This document shows positions 63,388 through 64,000 of a stretch of 64,000 bases of DNA, piece after piece. The translations under genes and the position numbers were made by a program. Under the pieces are notes generated by a model, which had not been told where the DNA came from, made no database searches, and saw nothing but the letters and a program-made list of their open reading frames with translations. This DNA comes from Eledone cirrhosa (taxonomy: Eukaryota), in the NCBI GenBank assembly GCA_964016885.1, contig OZ024740.1:155248001-155312000 (forward strand), read 5' to 3'. Position 1 is the first letter of the stretch. Every line of letters begins with the position of its first letter.

Positions 63388-64000
63388 TATAGTTACACAC
63401 ATACAAACACATATATATGTGTACATGTGTGTGTGTGTTTATTGTATGTACACTTTAATTCAGTTATCAGTTACAAAACAAAAAACAAATTTCAAAACCA
63501 GAAAATAATAAAAAAGAAGGAAAACCCCACTTATTTTACTTAAAAGTTTAATCATTCATATTAATGCTGTTAATAGTATTGTGTGTGCGTGTATATCTCT
63601 CTCTCTATATATATATGTAGAGAGAGAGAGACAAATATACACACACACAATGTATATATATATTGATTGATTGTGAGCTACCAGTTAGACTAGTAAAACC
63701 ATATTCAGCCAAGTACTCAATACTTGGGAAAGTAGAGTGTATTTGATTGAATACATATAAAAATGAGAAAACTCATCGCTAGAACAGCTGTTAAAGTCAG
63801 CGATGGGCAAACATGCCAGAGAACAGAGGCCAGTGGTCAACATAGAGACAATCCACAAGGTGAGTGACAGGCAGATGAAATATAGAAATATTGAAAGAGG
63901 AAGAGGACAAGAAGTGCACAAGCACACATAGGTTACTAGAAGAAGGGAATGAAGAACGGTGATGTACAAGACAAGTTTACACACATACATCTCCATCCTC

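Noticed and set aside
63578-63651. Small imperfect hairpin of (TG)(CT)(TA)(AG)(CA) tracts
   Set aside because: Made only of microsatellites, so it is likely chance or a local repair product.
48552-63996. Candidate upstream exons of the host gene (48552-48573, about 55350-55430, about 63138-63186, ORF 63685..63996)
   Set aside because: None combines good splice sites, the required phase 2 end and convincing similarity, so they are left uncalled.

Overview
This is AT-rich, microsatellite-dense animal genomic DNA. The repeat landscape suggests a coleoid cephalopod such as an octopus (inference). The window is almost entirely the introns of one minus-strand gene for a multi-pass membrane protein. 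I reconstructed seven phase-concordant exons by eye: 48193-48310, 40647-40762, 21799-21991, 21096-21174, 6509-6684, 3917-3993 and about 1164-1306. They give about 300 aa that resemble, from memory, plant NO EXINE FORMATION 1 (NEF1). The last intron has a U12-type donor and branch site but no AG or in-frame AC acceptor. A satellite that copies the real splice donor follows the last exon. The introns are packed with transposons: two young RTE LINE families carrying a PHD finger, CR1, CRE-like remnants, Penelope-like elements (PLEs), CORE- and Meta-type SINEs, Helitrons, a DD37D maT transposon and several MITEs. Many of them are stacked in (TA)n. The most striking structure is a set of long foldback (palindromic) PLE remnants carrying type I hammerhead ribozymes. 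These include one ribozyme with a 62-nt stem II insert and a non-canonical CNGUUGA core whose stem II covaries between two families. All alignments were done by eye, and TE boundaries are approximate.
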